Part shown: piece by piece, positions 59,219 through 64,000 of the stretch
How positions within the stretch are numbered: position 1 is the stretch's first letter
Layout: each line of letters opens with the position of its first letter
From: a virus
Taxonomy: Duplodnaviria > Caudoviricetes
Length of the DNA stretch: 64,000 nucleotides
IMG/VR virus record: IMGVR_UViG_2934470325_000001
Location: 1-64,000 of that record
Strand: one strand, 5' to 3'
Position numbers and translations under genes: made by a program
The notes under the pieces: generated by a model
Seen by the model: the letters and a program-made list of their open reading frames with translations, nothing else
Databases searched by the model: none
What the model was told of the DNA's origin: nothing

Positions 59219-60549
59219 AGCAGGGTCACCTCCGACCGTTGAGGCGTGGAGACTGTGCTGCCAGCGGGGATACGAACCTCACCCCGGGCGGGCGGTGGGA
59301 GCGCGACGTCTGCAACCGACCATCCGGTGCTGGTAGCCCCGTCCACCGTGGCTGCTGTTGACCAGACTGCGGTCAGGGATCCGCCTGCGGGTGCGGTGAC
59401 CGACCAGCCGGTGGTGATCACACCCGACGTGAGGGCGGCAACATCCCACACGGTGGCGCTGCTACCAGTGGCCGTTGACCGCACCGACCAGGAGGTGCCC
59501 GCGTTGCCGCTGGCTGTGGCCGAGGTATCCCAGCCGGTGGAGACGCTGCCTGCCGCCGCAGCTAAAGCCGACCACGCGGTGCTGACGCTGCCGCCCGTCG
59601 GACTGGCCGTCGCCCAGCCTGTTGCCGTGCTGCCTGACACCTGCGCGGCCACATCCCACGAGGTGTTGACCGCGCCGCCGGCCGCAGCGTCAACCGCCCA
59701 GTCGGTGGCGACCGCACCCGACGCGGTGGATGCCACAGACCAGCCGGCTGCTGTCGACCCGGACGCCGTTGACGTGACCGACCATGCCGTGGCCGCCGCG
59801 CCGGACAGCGGGGAAGCCACCGACCACGTTGTACTTGCGCCACCCGTGACCGGAGCCGACACCGACCATGCGGTTCCAACCGTCCCCGACACCGGCGTGG
59901 TAGTCGCAGTCGGGGCAACCTCCACCAGCAGACCGATCATGGAGCTGCTGACATCGGAGGTGACAGTCTCCCCGCCGTAACTGCCCGTCGACCCGACCAG
60001 TACGTACCCGGCTGCCGCACGCACGTTCGCGTTCGTCGTCGCCCGAGACGTGCTGTGGTCGACGACCTCCGTGTAGGAGCCGTCGAGGTTGATGTTGGTG
60101 GGGATGGTGCCGGACCCGACGCGGCTGTGCGCGTCCACCAGCAGCGCCGCCCCGGCCGTCACCCCTGTCAAGGTGGGCAGGGTGACCGTCGTGCCGGTCG
60201 CGTTGGCGGCGGCGGCCTGCGCGATGCTGTCCGCCCCGCGCACCACCAGCAGTTCCCAACCGCCCGTCACGCTGCCGGAGTTCGTGATTGTCGGCGCGGT
60301 GTCCCCGGATTGCAGAACCCGATGCCAGGCGTACACCCGGGATGCGGACCCATCCGCGTACGGCCACGTCACCCCGGGCAGCAACGTCCACCCGGCAGGC
60401 GTCGACATGGTGAGGGATCCGCCGGACACGTGCCCGACGAGTAGGCCGATGTCGCCGGCCGCCCATCCGACAGGAAAGGTGGTGACAAAGCTGGTCGCGG
60501 TCGCCGAGCCAGGGTTGCCGGAGGCGACACCCACGTAGGAGACCGCCAC
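59215..60549 (-). CDS. fibre-like structural protein with 14 x 14-aa Trp-periodic repeats
   Basis: W every 14 residues in Ser/Thr/Ala/Gly-rich C-half. Confidence 0.7.
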   Translation of the reverse strand: MAVSYVGVASGNPGSATATSFVTTFPVGWAAGDIGLLVGHVSGGSLTMSTPAGWTLLPGVTWPYADGSASRVYAWHRVLQSGDTAPTITNSGSVTGGWELLVVRGADSIAQAAAANATGTTVTLPTLTGVTAGAALLVDAHSRVGSGTIPTNINLDGSYTEVVDHSTSRATTNANVRAAAGYVLVGSTGSYGGETVTSDVSSSMIGLLVEVAPTATTTPVSGTVGTAWSVSAPVTGGASTTWSVASPLSGAAATAWSVTSTASGSTAAGWSVASTASGAVATDWAVDAAAGGAVNTSWDVAAQVSGSTATGWATASPTGGSVSTAWSALAAAAGSVSTGWDTSATASGNAGTSWSVRSTATGSSATVWDVAALTSGVITTGWSVTAPAGGSLTAVWSTAATVDGATSTGWSVADVALPPPARGEVRIPAGSTVSTPQRSEVTLL

Positions 60550-60565
60550 TGCGACCTCCTGCCCG

Positions 60566-61492
60566 TCAGCGCATCAGGTCGACGAACGCAGCCCGCTCGC
60601 GGTCCCGCACGTACGTCCGCCCGTCGGGGTAGGTCAGGGTCGCGTCGAGGTGGCAGTTGCCCCGGTAAAACCACGCGACGTACGGCACATCACCCTGCGC
60701 CCGCAGGTACGCCATGTTGTCCCGCATCGCCTGCGCGCAGACCGCCCCGTCAGGGTCGTAAGCAGCGCCGGACTTGAGCGCCGGTTTCCGCTGAATACCC
60801 CACTCGGGAACCACTAGCGGCTTGCTGACCTGGCGGGCCACAGACAGGGCGAAGTCGTTCCGCTCGACCGGGCTGCGATACCGCTCGTATCCGGTGTCGT
60901 AGATGTCGAACCCGACGGCGTCCACCCCAGCGAGCGCTGCCACCTGCCCGAAGTCCTGCCACCATGCGTTGTTGCGGCGCGCGGCGTACTCGGTGAACAC
61001 GGGCACCAACCACACCTCACGCCGTCGCGGATGGTCAGCGAGCGCTTCGATCAGCTCCTTCCATCCCTGCCGGTACTCGGCGGGGGTTGGGTCGCCAGAT
61101 TCCTGCTGCTCAGGCTCGTGGTCAAGGGTCAGCAGGTCCACCACGCCGCGTCGTACCACCGGCCGCGTCGACAACCAGTCCCGGATCAGCGCCGGGGAGG
61201 TGGCGCGAGACCAGTCCTTGAACGAGTAGTGCAGCACCGTGTCCGCTGGCACCTGGGCGAGCATCCCCGACGACCACGGCGCGACGCCCTTTCCCGGTGC
61301 ACTGTAGAGCCGCATCAGTCGGGGTTGCGGGTAGCGGGCCGCCATGCGCTGAATGTCTGTCACAGTGCTGTCCGGCGGGCACCAGCCGAGCAGGGTCGGC
61401 CGGTCCTGCACGGTAACCGTCGTCGCCGTGACGGTCGTGTGGCCGGCGGCGTCACGTACCCGCCCGGTCAACACGACCGTGCGGGCAGCCAT
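60566..61492 (-). CDS. clan GH-A (GH26-like) glycoside hydrolase
   Basis: TLDHEPE, VDAVGFDIY, KPLVVPEWG. Confidence 0.75.
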   Translation of the reverse strand: MAARTVVLTGRVRDAAGHTTVTATTVTVQDRPTLLGWCPPDSTVTDIQRMAARYPQPRLMRLYSAPGKGVAPWSSGMLAQVPADTVLHYSFKDWSRATSPALIRDWLSTRPVVRRGVVDLLTLDHEPEQQESGDPTPAEYRQGWKELIEALADHPRRREVWLVPVFTEYAARRNNAWWQDFGQVAALAGVDAVGFDIYDTGYERYRSPVERNDFALSVARQVSKPLVVPEWGIQRKPALKSGAAYDPDGAVCAQAMRDNMAYLRAQGDVPYVAWFYRGNCHLDATLTYPDGRTYVRDRERAAFVDLMR

Positions 61493-61764
61493 CAGGCGAC
61501 CGAGACTGTGAACCGGCCGGGGGCCGACGGGTCCGCGACGATCGTCACGCCCGGGTCGTTTGCGGTCAGCTCGTAGGTGAGCGGATCCCCGACCGTGACC
61601 GTGGTCGTAGCGGATGCGGTGACACCGTTGGCGTCGGTGACACTGCCGGACAGGGTGATGGTGCGGGCGTCCGGGTCGAACGCGTCGATCCACACCTGCA
61701 CGGCCTGTCCGGGCTGCACCGTGTCCAGGGAAGCAGAGATGGAGCGGATGATCGGGGCGGCCAT
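61492..61764 (-). CDS. 90-aa Ig-like beta-sandwich protein
   Basis: APII..ISAS..TVQPG..V....DPD...GDPLTY. Confidence 0.7.
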   Translation of the reverse strand: MAAPIIRSISASLDTVQPGQAVQVWIDAFDPDARTITLSGSVTDANGVTASATTTVTVGDPLTYELTANDPGVTIVADPSAPGRFTVSVA

Positions 61765-61784
61765 GCGGGTTCCTATCTGAATCA

Positions 61785-62321
61785 TCAGAGGGTGTCGCCG
61801 AGCCACGCGAACGTCGCGCCGTCGGCGGCGAGAGCGGCGGTGTTGGCGGCGGTGCGCCGCACCCAGAACGCCTTCACCTGTCCGGGGCCGATGTCGCCGA
61901 GACTGAGCGCGGCCCCGCTCGTGGTCGGGGTGGAGAACGTGACCCCAGCGGGGGCGGTCGTGTCGTTGGCGATCTGCACCGCCTGAGCCGACGACGACCC
62001 GACAGCGGACGCGGCGGTCGGATCCACGCCGATCGCCACCGACGCACCACCCGACACCTCGGCGGAGATGTACACCTTCGCTGACTGGAGCGTCAGGCTG
62101 CCATGAGTGTTGTGCACGAACACGCAGGCGTAGTCGACCTGCGATACAGCGTTCTCCGCACCCGTGATGTTGGGGAACAACCCGTTGGTGCTGCCGTCGG
62201 CGACGACGGTCATCGACACGTACTTACCGAGCGACGCCCCCACAACCCCGGCGGTGGTGTTACCCGCAGAACCCGAGACGACGGACAGTTTGAACACAAT
62301 GTCGGACGCGACGATCGCCAC
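61785..62321 (-). CDS. beta-rich structural protein (head/neck appendage candidate)
   Basis: AGGAGG RBS; SLGKYVS, DYACVFVHN, LGDIGPG..AFWVRR. Confidence 0.7.
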   Translation of the reverse strand: MAIVASDIVFKLSVVSGSAGNTTAGVVGASLGKYVSMTVVADGSTNGLFPNITGAENAVSQVDYACVFVHNTHGSLTLQSAKVYISAEVSGGASVAIGVDPTAASAVGSSSAQAVQIANDTTAPAGVTFSTPTTSGAALSLGDIGPGQVKAFWVRRTAANTAALAADGATFAWLGDTL

Positions 62322-62425
62322 GACACACCTCCTACGGGCGGGTTGCGATCACGAGAACCTGCGCTGCGTGTGACTGCTGGACACCCCGGCCGCCCGGGGA
62401 GATGGGCGGCCGGGGTGAACGGGGG

Positions 62426-62923
62426 CTACTGCTGCCGCTGCTGGGCGAGCTTGACCAGGTCGGCCTTGTCCTGCTTGGCGAGGTCGTCGTAGTTGCCGCC
62501 CTGCGCGACATGCCACTCCACCCACACCGGCTGGCCGGCGTTCGGGTGCGGCGCGGACCCGTCCTTGGGCAGCTTCGCCTGCGCGGCGGCCCTCTTGGTG
62601 TCAGTCGAGTCAGCGCCGGACTGGTCACCGGTGGGCTGCTCACCCGACGAGTAGGTGGAGGTGAGCACGCCGTCGCTGTCGCGGCGCGGCGCGTCGCCGT
62701 CGAGGTCGTCCGCCTCCGTCGCGGTGAGTCCGTCGGCGTTCACCCCGCCCGTCTCGCCCCCGCCCACCTTGACGACGAGGCCGGAGTCGAGCAGGTGCTT
62801 CAGTTCGGGGGCGTTGCCCGGGACGAGCGCGCCCTTGTACATCAGGACGCGGGTGCGGCCGGACGGGGTGTCGGTGGACACGTAGGCGCATTCGCCAACG
62901 ATCTGGTAGGTCGTGTCACTCAT
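62426..62923 (-). CDS. post-capsid hypothetical protein
   Basis: directly after capsid; helical C-terminus. Confidence 0.7.
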   Translation of the reverse strand: MSDTTYQIVGECAYVSTDTPSGRTRVLMYKGALVPGNAPELKHLLDSGLVVKVGGGETGGVNADGLTATEADDLDGDAPRRDSDGVLTSTYSSGEQPTGDQSGADSTDTKRAAAQAKLPKDGSAPHPNAGQPVWVEWHVAQGGNYDDLAKQDKADLVKLAQQRQQ

Positions 62924-62938
62924 CGGTCATCCGTCCTG

Positions 62939-63874
62939 TCAGCCCAGCGCGCCAGTGCCGGTGATCTTGATGGCGGCACCCGGCTCCTGGATGACCGGCA
63001 CCGTGATGCGGCGGGCCCAGATGTCCCAGGCGTCCCGCTCGTCGATCCGCTTCGTCTTGTACTGGAGCCCGTTGTCGAGGGTCGCGTAGCCCGGGTCCAC
63101 GTCGGTCTCGTCGGCCATGCCGCCCAGCTCGTCCCGGTCGAACACCCACACATCGTCCGACGGGAGGTTCGCCACGGCGGTGGCGATGATCTCGTACTTG
63201 CCGAGACGGTCGATCTCGCCGCCGTAGATCGGGTTGTCGGAGGTTTCCCGACGCCGCAGCGCCGCGATCGCCGGATCGGTCACCAGCATCGCGTACTTGG
63301 TGGTGGACATGAGCACCGCGTTCGGGTTGTAGCCCTGGTTCAGGTCGACGATCTTCGCCGCCGCGACCTCCACGTCGCGGAACAGGGCCGGCGACGCGGC
63401 GTTCCACGCGGCAGCCGCCGCCGACGTGTTGGTGACCGCCGACGCCATCGCCGCCGTCGACAGCTTGTCGACCTTCGAGATGACCGTGTTCGCGGTCTTC
63501 CGCAGCGCCCGGTTCACCTCCTGGCCCATGTACACGCTGCGCTTCAGCTTCTCGTCGGTGAGTTGGACCGCCTGACCCCACTTGCTGACGGCAGCCAGCG
63601 CGGCGGTGCCCTCGGCGGGCGTGTCACGCGGGTACTCGGAGCCGGGGGCCACCGACTCGATGGCCCGGCTGTTCATGATCGGCTCGGACATCTCGTAGGC
63701 GACCGCGCCGCCCTGGGTGCGGATGCGGTTGGTGAGGATCCGGTCCGCGACGAACCGCAGTTCGTCGATGGTGCGCAGCCGACGCTGAAGGCGGGTCGGG
63801 TCCTGGAGGAGACGGTGGATGGTGAGCAGGTCGCCGGCCAGCGTGGGGGCGGCCGGAGGGTAAGCGCCCGGCAT
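62939..63874 (-). CDS. major capsid protein
   Basis: VAPGSEYP, KWGQAVQLTDE, VIQEPGAAIKITG; 311 aa. Confidence 0.9.
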   Translation of the reverse strand: MPGAYPPAAPTLAGDLLTIHRLLQDPTRLQRRLRTIDELRFVADRILTNRIRTQGGAVAYEMSEPIMNSRAIESVAPGSEYPRDTPAEGTAALAAVSKWGQAVQLTDEKLKRSVYMGQEVNRALRKTANTVISKVDKLSTAAMASAVTNTSAAAAAWNAASPALFRDVEVAAAKIVDLNQGYNPNAVLMSTTKYAMLVTDPAIAALRRRETSDNPIYGGEIDRLGKYEIIATAVANLPSDDVWVFDRDELGGMADETDVDPGYATLDNGLQYKTKRIDERDAWDIWARRITVPVIQEPGAAIKITGTGALG

Positions 63875-64000
63875 TCGGGGGTTCCTTCCATGGTTGCCCG
63901 GCTGGCGGGCACGACGAAGAGGCCCGGCACGCGGGTGCGCGTGGGGCCGTAGGTGTGTGCGGGTGTTCCGGTGGTGCCCGCCGCCGGTCAGGTCGGCGGG

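Larger units (their letters stand above)
1..64000. mobile_element. Actinobacterial siphovirus prophage / phage-plasmid (partial; extends beyond window)
   Basis: Ordered capsid-neck-tail-lysis module at 43.5-64 kb, many short translationally coupled ORFs, replication initiators, no housekeeping genes. Confidence 0.9.

Overview
High-GC actinobacterial (Micromonosporaceae-like, inferred from composition and gene style) temperate siphophage or phage-plasmid. The right part (about 43.5-64 kb, minus strand) is a virion and lysis module: major capsid, an unusual inserted cassette between capsid and neck genes, neck genes, tail tube, frameshifted tail chaperones, tape measure, Dit/Tal/baseplate, tail fibre, endolysin and holin. 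Terminase, portal and integrase are not in the window. The left 43 kb is a mosaic accessory region. It holds two replication-initiator-like genes with internal repeats, HigBA and a GNAT-HTH pair, a Streptomyces-type conjugation block (FtsK/TraB, Spd-like membrane proteins, GIY-YIG), XRE regulators, an orphan Pycsar-type effector, MazG-like and DUF262 genes, and several small repressor/operator/promoter cassettes. The three most striking observations: (1) intergenic 50-57 nt 'mini-tRNAs' with acceptor stem, T-arm and encoded ACCA but no canonical D or anticodon arm, plus a larger tRNA-like RNA; (2) an Ig-fold gene whose terminal beta-hairpin appears relocated into a loop and recurs at the N-terminus of the neighbouring glycoside hydrolase, suggesting a strand-complemented virion fibre with an enzyme tip; (3) a DNA-transfer module, with a dense CGTCAC motif array, next to phage structural genes. 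All family calls are from motif recognition by eye, not database searches.
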